From assembly GCA_016181405.1 (NCBI GenBank), contig JACOZJ010000003.1, forward strand, positions 176,126 to 240,125: a stretch of DNA of 64,000 nucleotides, given 5' to 3'. Each line of letters begins with the position of its first letter. The stretch's first letter is position 1. The DNA comes from Candidatus Wildermuthbacteria bacterium. GTDB lineage: Bacteria; Patescibacteriota; Minisyncoccia; Minisyncoccales; UBA10102. The position numbers and the translations under genes were made by a program. This document shows, in pieces, positions 52,878-62,311 of this stretch. The notes under the pieces are model-generated. The model was not told the origin of the DNA. It saw only the letters and a list, made by a program, of their open reading frames with translations, and did no database searches.

Positions 52878-53573
52878 CTATCTTTGCATTTTATTGCGCA
52901 GGTCTCTCAAGATTTCAGCTGCCTGATCCTTCCCTCCCAAACCAAAGGCAATGGCAACTGCCAAAGCAATTCCATATCCAATACCCTGTACAAATGTCTG
53001 AATAAGAACCTGCACCGGAAGCACGGCAATATCGAGCTGGAGCAGAGCGGAGAAAAGCGCGAAAATCCAGATAAACCATTTCACTACCGAACCGATAAAC
53101 TGGCCATGTCCTATCTTAGCTCCCTCCACTGAAGCCCTTACTACTTTCTCCACAATGTCCGCCACAATGATTGCCACGACAAGGATTAAAGCCGCCACAA
53201 TCACGTTTGGCAAATAGGCCAACACGTCGCGCAGGAATCCGGCAAACTGCTCAAAACCAAGAATTTCTACCGCAGCAAGCAGAAAGACAATAACAAGCAC
53301 CCACTTGAAAATCGCTCCGATAAAGCCAGCAGGATCAACCTTCAAATCCGCTTTTGCCAACGCTTCTTTCCAGTTGCCGCGCTCAAACACTTGGTTAAAT
53401 TTAATGCGCGTTAAAAGATCTGCCACAAGCCTACCTACCCCCACAGCAATAAACCAGCCGACCAGCAAAACGAGAATAGCAAAAATCAAAAGAGGCACGA
53501 ATGAAACCACTCCTGACAACAAATCACGAAACGCATCGCTTAACGCACTACTTGTAATTTGTACCAAATTCAT
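52878..53573 (-). CDS. membrane protein with conserved TM-helix repeats (MscS-associated type)
   Basis: 231 aa with repeated hydrophobic helices and charged linkers. Confidence 0.4.
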   Translation of the reverse strand: MNLVQITSSALSDAFRDLLSGVVSFVPLLIFAILVLLVGWFIAVGVGRLVADLLTRIKFNQVFERGNWKEALAKADLKVDPAGFIGAIFKWVLVIVFLLAAVEILGFEQFAGFLRDVLAYLPNVIVAALILVVAIIVADIVEKVVRASVEGAKIGHGQFIGSVVKWFIWIFALFSALLQLDIAVLPVQVLIQTFVQGIGYGIALAVAIAFGLGGKDQAAEILRDLRNKMQR

Positions 53574-53685
53574 AAGTATAAACGTATGCTTTAAAATTCG
53601 ACCTTTCCCTTTATCTTATCTACTTTTATAATACCACTGCCTGAAAGTCAGCAAAACACCCCCTGTGGAAAACTTTAGGGTCTCT

Positions 53686-54039
53686 TTATGAAGTCTTATG
53701 CTCCGCACTAATCTGCCAATTGGCGGGTCCAGTGCGGGATCTGCGTATTAAAAGCGCCTTTCCTAAAATAATCTCACGAGGTATCCAGCCAAAACTTCTG
53801 CTGTCTGAACTTCCCTCTTTATTCAAGCCTTCTACCCAATACCAAGAATGGTATTCGTCAGTTTTTTCTTTGGTAATGTATTTCAGTATCAAGCGATCTT
53901 CCTGCGGATGGCGCAGCACCACCATATCCCCTACTTTTGGCCGAAACACAAAGTAGGACAACCGATCGAGTAGAACAAAATCCCCCTCTTTGCATAAGGG
54001 CTCCATGCTCCGCCCTTTTACCCTAAAATACGCAAACAT
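53686..54039 (-). CDS. sodX: S26-family signal-peptidase-like NiSOD maturation protease
   Basis: KGRSMEPLCKEGDFVL and SSDSRSFGW (Ser/Lys dyad region). AAGGAGG SD before Met at 54039. Confidence 0.7.
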   Translation of the reverse strand: MFAYFRVKGRSMEPLCKEGDFVLLDRLSYFVFRPKVGDMVVLRHPQEDRLILKYITKEKTDEYHSWYWVEGLNKEGSSDSRSFGWIPREIILGKALLIRRSRTGPANWQISAEHKTS

Positions 54040-54079
54040 TTTTTTGAGGCCTCCTTTTCGAAAGGTAAGGCTCACCAAA

Positions 54080-54520
54080 CTACTGCTGCGCGGCCGCCTT
54101 CTGGAACATCTGAGCAATTTCCTCTACCGCCCGTATAAGTTCTTGCGCGGCTTCCCTACTTACTTCCTGCTTGTTCTTGGAACACAACTTTGCTGCCTTC
54201 CAGAACGTCTCATGCAGTGTTGGAAACATCTCTAAGTGTTGTGGTTTAAAATAATCTGTCCATAGGACAAGAAGCTCTTTTTTGCAAATTTGCGCGTGTT
54301 CTTCTTTCACCTGCACCATACGGACAAAAGAGTTTCTTGTGTTCAAAGTTGGGGGCATGTCTTGTGGAAGAGCCTCGATTTTCTCAACCATCTTTGCCAC
54401 AGTATGCGCAGCCGTGAGAGCGGGTTCCGGCGTGTAAATCCCACAGGGAATGTCGCAATGCGCATACAGCTCTCTTGCAGGATGAATCTTGTGAATAAGC
54501 GCGAAAAGTTTGTACAACAT
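54080..54520 (-). CDS. sodN: nickel-containing superoxide dismutase precursor
   Basis: 20-aa leader followed by the Ni-hook HCDIPCGIY. Confidence 0.85.
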   Translation of the reverse strand: MLYKLFALIHKIHPARELYAHCDIPCGIYTPEPALTAAHTVAKMVEKIEALPQDMPPTLNTRNSFVRMVQVKEEHAQICKKELLVLWTDYFKPQHLEMFPTLHETFWKAAKLCSKNKQEVSREAAQELIRAVEEIAQMFQKAAAQQ

Positions 54521-54618
54521 ATTGTTGTAGTATACCCCTATAATATCCGTGAAGCAATAAGGTATTCGTCCTAGAAAATACCTCTAATCCTCCGGCATTG
54601 CCATTACCAGTGAGTTAA

Positions 54619-55362
54619 ATGGCGTGCTATTATAGAGTTGACATGACCAAGAAACAAACGGTTATCTACCAGACGCGCCTACACCTTGTACTGACGATTC
54701 TTCTTATCACCATCCCTTTTGTCTTTTTGCTCTTTTTTGCCTGGATTGCCAATATACCCACAGCCAAACTCTTCTCCGCAGTTTTTATATCGTTTGTAAG
54801 GCTACTTGCAGCCTATACCATAGCAGTAGTGCTTGCCTGGATGCTGGCAGTAGGTTTCTACCAGGGCAAGCGGGCGGCAATCGCTTTGCCGATTTTTGAT
54901 GTTTTACAAAGTTTCCCTACGTTCGCTATATTGCCGCTCGCAGCCTATATTTGGGGACCGTCAAACATCACAGTTATTTTCTTTTTAATCATTACCGTAA
55001 TCTGGCCGATACTTTTTTCAATCATAAGCTCACTAAAGCTAGCCAAGAAAGATTGGGAAGAAGCGGCACAGATTATGGGGCTTAGGGGTAAAACTTATCT
55101 CCGTAATTTTCTATTGCCGCTAAGCATACCCGGGCTCGTTACCGGTTCTATCATAGGCTTAGGTGAAGGATGGGAAGCGCTCGTGGCCACAGAAATTATT
55201 GCGGGTAATCCCGACGGCTTAGGAAGTTTCTTTAAAGCGCATTCTCAAAACGTTATGATTACGTCCTTAGGAGTGTTTGGCCTGCTTCTATTGATATTTA
55301 TTATCAACAAACTTCTATGGCTCCCGCTTCTTGAACGAACCCATAATAACATGGAAGAATAA
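54619..55362 (+). CDS. ABC transporter permease (NitT/TauT-like)
   Basis: Six TM helices with EAA-type loop. Confidence 0.8.
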   Translation: MACYYRVDMTKKQTVIYQTRLHLVLTILLITIPFVFLLFFAWIANIPTAKLFSAVFISFVRLLAAYTIAVVLAWMLAVGFYQGKRAAIALPIFDVLQSFPTFAILPLAAYIWGPSNITVIFFLIITVIWPILFSIISSLKLAKKDWEEAAQIMGLRGKTYLRNFLLPLSIPGLVTGSIIGLGEGWEALVATEIIAGNPDGLGSFFKAHSQNVMITSLGVFGLLLLIFIINKLLWLPLLERTHNNMEE

Positions 55363-56110
55363 CGACATGAATAAAGTCGCATTATCGCTTTCTCACGTTA
55401 ATAAAGTATTCAAAACGGACGGCCAAAAAACAGTTTCGGTGATCCACGATGTAAGTCTCGATATTTTAAGCGGTGAAATATTCGTTTTCGTTGGCCCGTC
55501 AGGTTCCGGCAAATCTACTTTACTGCGTATTATGAGCGGCATTGAAAAGTCATTTACGGGAGAGGTCAAACGTTCAAAAGACGTAAGCCCGCATGACATG
55601 AGTTTTGTGTTTCAACAGTTCGCCATTATGCCGTGGTTAACGGTTTTTGAAAATGTTGAGCTGGCCCTTATAGCCCGGGGTGTTAAACAAGGAGAGAGAG
55701 GACATACGGTTATGAGAGAGCTTAAGCAACTGGGATTAGAGAAGTCCAAAGATTCTTACCCGAGAGATTTATCGGGCGGCATGCGCCAGCGGGTTGGGAT
55801 AGCAAGAGCGCTTGTCACGAACCCTAAAATTATTTTTATGGATGAGCCATTTTCTGAGCTCGATTCATTTACCGCAGCGTCTTTAAGAAAAGAACTTTTA
55901 GATATATGGCAGGAACGCCGACCTACAATTGTAATGGTCACTCACGTGGTTGAAGAAGCGCTTGAATTAGCCGACAAGATCGCGGTGCTTACTCCTCGTC
56001 CAGCGCGCGTTGAAAAAGTTGTAGTAGATAATCTGCCAAGGCCGAGGGACACGCGCTCAAAAAATTTCTATCAATTAGAAGACGAACTCTACCAACTTAT
56101 TAAACCCTAA
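55331..56110 (+). CDS. ABC transporter ATP-binding protein
   Basis: Walker A GPSGSGKST. Signature LSGGMRQR. Walker B IIFMDEPFS. Confidence 0.9.
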   Translation: MNEPIITWKNNDMNKVALSLSHVNKVFKTDGQKTVSVIHDVSLDILSGEIFVFVGPSGSGKSTLLRIMSGIEKSFTGEVKRSKDVSPHDMSFVFQQFAIMPWLTVFENVELALIARGVKQGERGHTVMRELKQLGLEKSKDSYPRDLSGGMRQRVGIARALVTNPKIIFMDEPFSELDSFTAASLRKELLDIWQERRPTIVMVTHVVEEALELADKIAVLTPRPARVEKVVVDNLPRPRDTRSKNFYQLEDELYQLIKP

Positions 56111-56164
56111 AACGAACATACCAAAAACGACCGCCTCTCTGCTGCATCCGACCCGTATGTATGT

Positions 56165-56347
56165 TTAGACGGCTGACTCTTTACCCGATTCATCTCCTTC
56201 TTGTTCTTTCACCTCGCTATGCATGCCGTCTTCGCAATGACATTCCTTTAAAGGCGTCCCATAATCGGGGCACCCTCCTGTGTGGCAAGCTCCCGGAGTT
56301 TCAGAAACTCCCCCGCATCCGCCTGTGCATATATAATGTGTTCCCAT
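56165..56347 (-). CDS. Cys/His-rich small protein, putative metal-binding
   Basis: YICTGGCGGVSETPGACHTGGCPDYG...ECHCEDGMH. Confidence 0.45.
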   Translation of the reverse strand: MGTHYICTGGCGGVSETPGACHTGGCPDYGTPLKECHCEDGMHSEVKEQEGDESGKESAV

Positions 56348-56467
56348 ATATTGTTATTTGATACGTTTTCTTTTTTTCGACTTTAATTTATTGTACTATA
56401 CCCTGCCAAAAACAAAAACGGGATGGATGCGATTCGTTCGTTGGCGAATGCAACACCCATCCCCTTT

Positions 56468-56719
56468 CTACTCAAATTTGTCTATTTCGGGGCGAGCAAA
56501 CCCCACATAGTATGTGCCTTGATAACAACACCCTTCGCGAGTGCATGTCATGACAAAGAGGTTGCTATCACTTGGACCTCCGCGGTACTCCATGGACGCG
56601 CCGCACTGCGGGCACTTTATTCCGGGAATTTCTGGCATTGTCTTTCCCTTCGTCCGCCGTCCTCTGGCTAAACCGTTGTTTTCGAAACTCACATTTTCTT
56701 CAGACGCCGGACGCCCCAA
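56468..56719 (-). CDS. zinc-ribbon small protein
   Basis: CPQCG...CTREGCC. Confidence 0.4.
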   Translation of the reverse strand: MGRPASEENVSFENNGLARGRRTKGKTMPEIPGIKCPQCGASMEYRGGPSDSNLFVMTCTREGCCYQGTYYVGFARPEIDKFE

Positions 56720-56898
56720 ATGGTAACGAGGATGTTGAGTGCGAAAACCAAAAAAACGGCAACAAGGATTATCGGGCGCGCTTGTTCTTTGCGAAGAAGG
56801 CCCATCATCGCCATGATGAAAACCGAACCAAAGAACCAGATGGCCACGAGTTTCAACCCGATTTCTCGTCTTGCTGCATTCTTTTCCGGCTCAGTCAT
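56689..56898 (-). CDS. small two-TM membrane protein
   Basis: 69 aa. Confidence 0.4.
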   Translation of the reverse strand: MTEPEKNAARREIGLKLVAIWFFGSVFIMAMMGLLRKEQARPIILVAVFLVFALNILVTIWGVRRLKKM

Positions 56899-56949
56899 CT
56901 GACTCCTCCCTAATTCAGCCAGATCTCGTCTAGCTGTTCTACCGCTACC

Positions 56950-56985
56950 TTATTGAAAACGCTCCAAAAAGTCAAACAAAAAAAG
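56950..56985 (-). promoter_or_regulatory. promoter cassette (T-rich UP, TTGAC-N17-TAGGGT) preceded by a terminator hairpin; paralog of 58265-58302
   Basis: 32-bp identity TATTGAAAACGCTCCAAAAAGTCAAACAAAAA in both copies. Confidence 0.4.
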
Positions 56986-57047
56986 GAGCTCCAGTCTATG
57001 ACTGGAGCTCGTGGAAAGAACCATTGAAGAAGCTTGCGCCCCTTCGG

Positions 57048-58205
57048 CTACCGAATGTTGAGCGTAGCCTCCGAGTATTCGATACCCTTCGGCACTATGA
57101 CAACTTTCCGCGTGTCGCTTTGCTCGATGCGTCCTGCCCATACAGCACCAAAGCGATTGGGATACTCATAACGCTCAAGCACATCCCAAACCGTGCGCAC
57201 ATCATCTTGCGACACGTAGAGAGCGAAGCCAGCTCCCATGTTGAAGTTACCATACGCCTCCCGGTCATCCACTGGACCGTGCTTCTGCAGAAAGTCGAAG
57301 ATCGGGAGTTGCGTAGGCAAGTTCTCAATGATGTAGGCAAACGGCTGCTTCGCTCGCATAAGCTTGCGCCAGCCGTGTCCCGTGATGTTCACCACGTAGT
57401 GGATATCTGCACCGCGATTGAGACAATCCTCAACCACTGGAACGTAGATGGGCGTTGGATCAAGCAGTGTCTCGCCATATGTTCGCCCATCGTCGAGCCG
57501 TGTGAGATAGCCATCAGGCAACTTGTCGGCGATCTTCCGAGCCATTGTCAGCCCATTTGCATGAATACCGGAACTCTCAATGAGGATGATCACATCACCG
57601 TGCCGAATCTTGTCTGCCGCAATGAGTCGCTCTTTCGGCTTCACAAGACCCATCGCGGAGCCGGAAAGCACTACTGCTCCAGGTACGATAACGTCTTTGA
57701 GTGTGGGCGTCTCACCACCACCCCAGACGCACCGCGCGAGATTGCAGGCCTTCTTCCAGCCCTCGACGAGATCACGGCACCGTTGGTCATCGCTAAACCA
57801 ATTTGAGTCGCCAACGGCGAGGTGCATGGCCACTGAAAGCGGCAACGCGCCAAGCGTAATCATGTCGTTCACGATCATCGCCACAGTATCTTGCGCGATT
57901 TGACCGTAGTACGATCTCGTGCCAGTAAGCTCAACTGCGGCAGCAATTCGCAGAAGTTCGCGAAATGCATCAGCGACTAGGTTCTTTGTGCCCAAACCTT
58001 CTTCGACGTGGCCGAGATATGCATCTCCGATATCGATGAGATAACAGCTTTCACCGCGGCTCGATTCCACTTCAGAAAATCCAAAGCGGGCTAGATTGGC
58101 TGCAGTTTCGCGCCCCGCGATTTGCGCCATGCGTTTGAATGGATCCATCGCGTCGTAGTCGACGCCAACTCCCCGATAGGTCATCCCTTGGTTATCCTGT
58201 GACAT
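57048..58205 (-). CDS. purM: AIR-synthase-related (PurM-like) protein, GC-rich
   Basis: GVGVDYDAM, GLGTKNL, VNDMITLGALPL, GGETP, TGHGWRK and NMGAGFALYV align with PurM blocks. Confidence 0.65.
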   Translation of the reverse strand: MSQDNQGMTYRGVGVDYDAMDPFKRMAQIAGRETAANLARFGFSEVESSRGESCYLIDIGDAYLGHVEEGLGTKNLVADAFRELLRIAAAVELTGTRSYYGQIAQDTVAMIVNDMITLGALPLSVAMHLAVGDSNWFSDDQRCRDLVEGWKKACNLARCVWGGGETPTLKDVIVPGAVVLSGSAMGLVKPKERLIAADKIRHGDVIILIESSGIHANGLTMARKIADKLPDGYLTRLDDGRTYGETLLDPTPIYVPVVEDCLNRGADIHYVVNITGHGWRKLMRAKQPFAYIIENLPTQLPIFDFLQKHGPVDDREAYGNFNMGAGFALYVSQDDVRTVWDVLERYEYPNRFGAVWAGRIEQSDTRKVVIVPKGIEYSEATLNIR

Positions 58206-58264
58206 TCCCGCTCCTTCCTCGTTGCAGACTTACTCGCTAAACGGAATTCCTCAACCTTCTAAAG

Positions 58265-58302
58265 CTACCCTATTGAAAACGCTCCAAAAAGTCAAACAAA
58301 AA
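58265..58302 (-). promoter_or_regulatory. promoter cassette, second copy, upstream of the purM-like gene
   Basis: Same 32-bp element, flanked by terminator hairpin AACCCGAAGGGATATTCGGGTTTTTT. Confidence 0.4.
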
Positions 58303-58345
58303 GAAAAACCAAAAACCCGAAGGGATATTCGGGTTTTTTGATGTT

Positions 58346-60157
58346 TTAGACCAAATCGGAGCGTTTTGCTTTGGCGCGATCAAGTTTTGTGAGGTATTGC
58401 TTTCGAAGGCGCACGCTTTTGGGAGTAATTTCAAGATACTCGTCATCTCCCATAATTTCCAACCCGTCTTCTATAGTTAAAAGTTTCGGGGGAGTGAGCA
58501 AGATATTTTCGTCGGAAGCCGCGGCCCGCATGTTGGTAAGGTGTTTTCCTTTTGTGGGGTTTACCGCCATCTCAACCCCTTTTGAAGTGTTCCCAACTAC
58601 CATGCCTTCATATACCTGCATGCCGGGCGCAATATACAACACTCCCCGATCCTGGAGATTATACAAAGAGTACCCAAGCGCTTTTCCTGTAGCAATAGAA
58701 GCCATAGACCCAACTTGCCGTTTTGAGATTTCCCCAGCGTACGGCTCAAATCCAACCACTCTGCTGGCAAATATTCCCTCCCCTCTTGTATCAACAATAA
58801 ATTGCCCGCGATATCCCAAAATTCCCCGTGTCGGCCCCTTCAAAAGCATGCGCACCGTAGTCCCATGCTGCTTGATATCAAGCAGCCGAGCTCCACGCTG
58901 GCTCAATTTTTCAATAACAACTCCCTGGAATTCCACCGGAACATCAATAGTTATTTCTTCGAATGGCTCTGTTTTTACGCCGTTTATTTCCTTGATGATT
59001 ACATGGGGCTGGGAAACCTGAAGCTCATGCCCTTCCCGGCGCATATTTTCCAGTAAAATCGCAATATGCAATTCCCCTCTTCCGTATACTCTGAATTTGT
59101 CTTGCTCTGAAAAATCAATATGCAGCCCTACGTTTACCTCAAGCTCTTTTTCGAGCCGCTCTCGAAGCTGCCTTGAAGTAACGAATTTCCCTTCGCGCCC
59201 TGCAAAAGGCGAATCGTTTACCAAAAAGTTAAGAGCAATGGTCGGCTCATCTATTAAGATGGCAGGAAGTGTTTCCTGGTCCGCAGAAGCGCAAATAGTA
59301 TCGCCAATATAAATATCGGGAATCCCCGCAATCATGACAATATCTCCAGCCGACGCTTCTGTAGCCTCTTCTCTTACCAATCCATTGAACGTAAACAATC
59401 TTGTAATTTTCCCGCTATATGTTTCCTTGTCTTTGTGCTTTATATACACGGTGCTTCCTGTTTTTAAAACTCCTTCGTATATTCTTGCTATTGCAAGGCG
59501 GCCCAGGAAATTATCGTATGCAAGATTAAATGGCTGGGCGCGCAGTGGCATATCTTCTTTCCCGGAAGCCAAAGGAACTTCTTTTAAAACCGTATCGAGC
59601 AGCGGAGATAAATCTTTCGATTCATCTTCTACGTTGTATTTTGCGATTCCTTCGCGGCCAATAGCATACAAAGTGGTAAAGTTGAGCTGATCATCATTTG
59701 CGCCCAAATCCAAAAATAATTCATACACCTGCTCTTTTGCGAGTTCAGGGTTTGCCGCGGGCTTATCTATTTTGTTGAGAACCACAATGGGCTTTAACCC
59801 CAATTCCAAAGACTTTTTCAGCACGAATCTTGTTTGGGGCATAGGGCCTTCTTGCGCATCAACCACCAGCACCACAGAATCAATTGAACGCAACACGCGC
59901 TCCACTTCAGACCCGAAATCGGCGTGCCCCGGCGTGTCTACAATATTGATTTTTGTGGGTACTTGCCCTGAGCTTACCGAAGGGTAAAGGACAGAGGCAT
60001 TTTTTGAATAAATCGTAATACCGCGCTCCTGTTCGAGTGCGTTTGTATCCATGCTCATGCCTTCTTGGAAGGCGCCGGTTTGGCGCAAAATGGCATCGGT
60101 AAGCGTGGTTTTCCCATGGTCCACATGGGCGATAATTGCGATGTTTCGGATTTCCAT
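58346..60157 (-). CDS. typA: translational GTPase TypA/BipA
   Basis: [11 protein letters not shown]1 motif, [13 protein letters not shown]. 603 aa. Confidence 0.95.
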   Translation of the reverse strand: MEIRNIAIIAHVDHGKTTLTDAILRQTGAFQEGMSMDTNALEQERGITIYSKNASVLYPSVSSGQVPTKINIVDTPGHADFGSEVERVLRSIDSVVLVVDAQEGPMPQTRFVLKKSLELGLKPIVVLNKIDKPAANPELAKEQVYELFLDLGANDDQLNFTTLYAIGREGIAKYNVEDESKDLSPLLDTVLKEVPLASGKEDMPLRAQPFNLAYDNFLGRLAIARIYEGVLKTGSTVYIKHKDKETYSGKITRLFTFNGLVREEATEASAGDIVMIAGIPDIYIGDTICASADQETLPAILIDEPTIALNFLVNDSPFAGREGKFVTSRQLRERLEKELEVNVGLHIDFSEQDKFRVYGRGELHIAILLENMRREGHELQVSQPHVIIKEINGVKTEPFEEITIDVPVEFQGVVIEKLSQRGARLLDIKQHGTTVRMLLKGPTRGILGYRGQFIVDTRGEGIFASRVVGFEPYAGEISKRQVGSMASIATGKALGYSLYNLQDRGVLYIAPGMQVYEGMVVGNTSKGVEMAVNPTKGKHLTNMRAAASDENILLTPPKLLTIEDGLEIMGDDEYLEITPKSVRLRKQYLTKLDRAKAKRSDLV

Positions 60158-60283
60158 AAAAAAATCCCGCAGTCCCCTCTTTGCGAGATTCTTTATACTG
60201 TACCAGAAAACTTACTTGGTGTCAAAAAGAAAGAGCCGGACTCCGCAATTGCTTGCAGAGCCCAGCCAGACACAAAGAGCTGA

Positions 60284-60655
60284 TCACGGAAGCTCGAGCC
60301 CCACAACCTCGGCGGGGTCGAGCTTGTCGCCGTTCTTCGGAAAAAGCACAATCATCTCCCCGGAGACGGCAGAACTGAGACGGACTCGCCTGCCGCCCTT
60401 ACTGCCCGCACTGATTTCACTCACCGAGAAGAGCATGAGGCCCGTCGTGTAGTCGAGGGGGTCTTCCTTGACCCACCGCTTCGGGACCGGAGGGAACCCC
60501 TCTCCCTTGGCGCGCCAGACAAACTTGATCCGAATCCTGCCGTCCTCGACGACGATGGTCTTCACCTCGCCCCGAGAAAGGTACCCCCTCCTCTCGTTTT
60601 GGATTTCCGCCTGCCCACCCACGAACCGCTCGAGCATCTCCGTTGTAAGCTCCAT
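60284..60655 (-). CDS. hypothetical protein (GC-rich)
   Basis: 123-aa ORF. Confidence 0.35.
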   Translation of the reverse strand: MELTTEMLERFVGGQAEIQNERRGYLSRGEVKTIVVEDGRIRIKFVWRAKGEGFPPVPKRWVKEDPLDYTTGLMLFSVSEISAGSKGGRRVRLSSAVSGEMIVLFPKNGDKLDPAEVVGLELP

Positions 60656-60808
60656 TATTCCTCCTCCTGCAGGGTAAGCAAATTCAACCCCCTGCTGCTG
60701 AATAATGCTCTAGCACACTAAATTATAAAAGTCAAGATTTTGGATTTGACGAAAATAGAGTTTTCTGGTATTAAAATCAATAAGACCAAACGGGGGTAGG
60801 AGGAAGCC

Positions 60809-61378
60809 ATGGGGAAAATCTTTGGATTCCTGATCAGCATCGATACAAAGATTGATAGGGTTATAGCTCCTCTTGTCCGGTTCTGGACAGAGTGGACAGG
60901 GATGTCCAACTTTGCTCTTTCCAAGGTTTTGCTAGGACTCGCAGTCTGCGTGCTAGCACTGCGAGGAATTCTGCTTGCAATCTCTACATCTCCGCTCGAG
61001 GGGGGCATCTACTTTCTGTTGTGTCTATCTCTGCCCGGTTGGCGGCTTCTCCAATTAAAGCAAGCAGAAACAGCAGTAAACCAAGAAAGCGCTTCGGATA
61101 CTCTCTCTGCAAAAGCGCATGCCCTAAGAGAGCAGATGCGTATTGTGCGATCGGTTTTCGTACCTATGTTCCTGTACTTCCTGCTCCTCCTGTTGTCGGA
61201 CTCCATCACGCTGAGAAAGATTTCCAGTTCATTCTTCTTGTTGCTCATCCTCCTGGAGTTATATGTGACATATGAGTACACCCCAAGAGGAGGAAGCAAA
61301 ATCAAAAAGCTGCTCAAGCAGTTGGCAGCACTTCCACGCAGCATCAAGTTCCCAAGGCCAGTTCCTTTTCCAACCTAA
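60809..61378 (+). CDS. membrane protein of unknown function
   Basis: 189 aa with four predicted TM helices. Confidence 0.45.
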   Translation: MGKIFGFLISIDTKIDRVIAPLVRFWTEWTGMSNFALSKVLLGLAVCVLALRGILLAISTSPLEGGIYFLLCLSLPGWRLLQLKQAETAVNQESASDTLSAKAHALREQMRIVRSVFVPMFLYFLLLLLSDSITLRKISSSFFLLLILLELYVTYEYTPRGGSKIKKLLKQLAALPRSIKFPRPVPFPT

Positions 61379-61573
61379 TAGCAGGGTCTCAAGCCCTCGC
61401 CGAAACCAAGCCGCTTCCCTTCGGGAAGCGGTTCTTCTTTTTATATTTTACGAGGATCAAAATTGAAATAGAAATCTAAAACCTCAACAACTCCGTTGCG
61501 AGTCCGTTCAATAATCGCCGAAACCACAGGAATATTTATTTCTGGTTTATTTTCCATAAATTATTTCAAAACT

Positions 61574-62035
61574 TCACAGCTTTACTTCTATCCTCGAATC
61601 AACATAGTTGCCTTTTATCCTGTCATCTCCATTTATCCAAAACTTTTCCGGCACTGCTTTGTATACGCGCCGGGGGTAATTGCCCAAAAACTCTTCTGCC
61701 TTCCTCAAAGTTTTGTTTTTGCGGCCGTAAAGATATGTAAGAGCATGTTCAACCTCTTTGGGGTCGTCTAGCTCGTACGCTTTCGCCTTCACATACACGC
61801 CTTCACCAGTTCCTTCAGGCACGGTAGAGTCATAGATTGCCAAGAAAACGTCACTGGTATTGCGAATATTCTTTGAGTGCTCATTTTCTTTCCACGAAAC
61901 CCAAAAGAAATTAAACTTTTCATCGTACGCAGAATAAACGGGCGAATTCCATGGCTTGCCTTCCTTCGAAACGGTCGCAACCGTAATATAGAGAATTTTT
62001 TCGATTATTGCTTTTGCTTTTTCTTCATTGGTCAT
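61574..62035 (-). CDS. pyridoxamine 5'-phosphate oxidase-like FMN-binding split-barrel protein
   Basis: 153 aa. LYITVATVSKEGKPWNSPV pattern. Confidence 0.6.
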   Translation of the reverse strand: MTNEEKAKAIIEKILYITVATVSKEGKPWNSPVYSAYDEKFNFFWVSWKENEHSKNIRNTSDVFLAIYDSTVPEGTGEGVYVKAKAYELDDPKEVEHALTYLYGRKNKTLRKAEEFLGNYPRRVYKAVPEKFWINGDDRIKGNYVDSRIEVKL

Positions 62036-62069
62036 ATTTTCTGTAGATTACTTCAATCTACCGCACCCC

Positions 62070-62100
62070 CGCGTTCTGTCAACAAAAAAACGCCCCTGAT
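62070..62100 (-). promoter_or_regulatory. promoter TTGACA-N16-TAGATT with T-rich UP
   Basis: Immediately upstream of the 61574-62035 gene. Paralogous copy at 63819-63850. Confidence 0.5.
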
Positions 62101-62160
62101 GGAAAGAGTTTACCCTGAGCTCCTCGAGTCTGAGCCTCGGAGTCGAAGACTTGTCGAAGG

Positions 62161-62233
62161 GTGGACCCGAGCGGGATCGGACCGCTGATCTCCTCATTGC
62201 AAATGAGGCGTTCTACCACTGAACTACGGGCCC
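62161..62233 (-). tRNA. tRNA-Ala (anticodon TGC)
   Basis: GGGCCCGTAGTTCAGTGGTAGAAC...anticodon loop TTTGCAA...G3:U70 identity pair. Own TTGTAT-N17-TGgTATAAT promoter at 62245-62275. Confidence 0.88.
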
Positions 62234-62311
62234 TCGTGCTTTGAAATTATACCAAAAAATCGTAAAAATACAAGCTGTTAGAAAGCAAACGCATGTGGTA
62301 TAACTGGTAAA

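Noticed and set aside
52471-53005. Overlapping ORFs 52471-52788 (-) and 52649-53005 (+) encoding Pro/Ala/Gly/Arg-rich peptides
   Set aside because: They are low-complexity products of a GC-rich hairpin region. The plus ORF reads through a terminator into the convergent gene. Only the 35-codon SD-preceded ORF is kept as a weak candidate.
57024-57806. 260-aa plus-strand ORF
   Set aside because: It is antisense to the purM-like gene.
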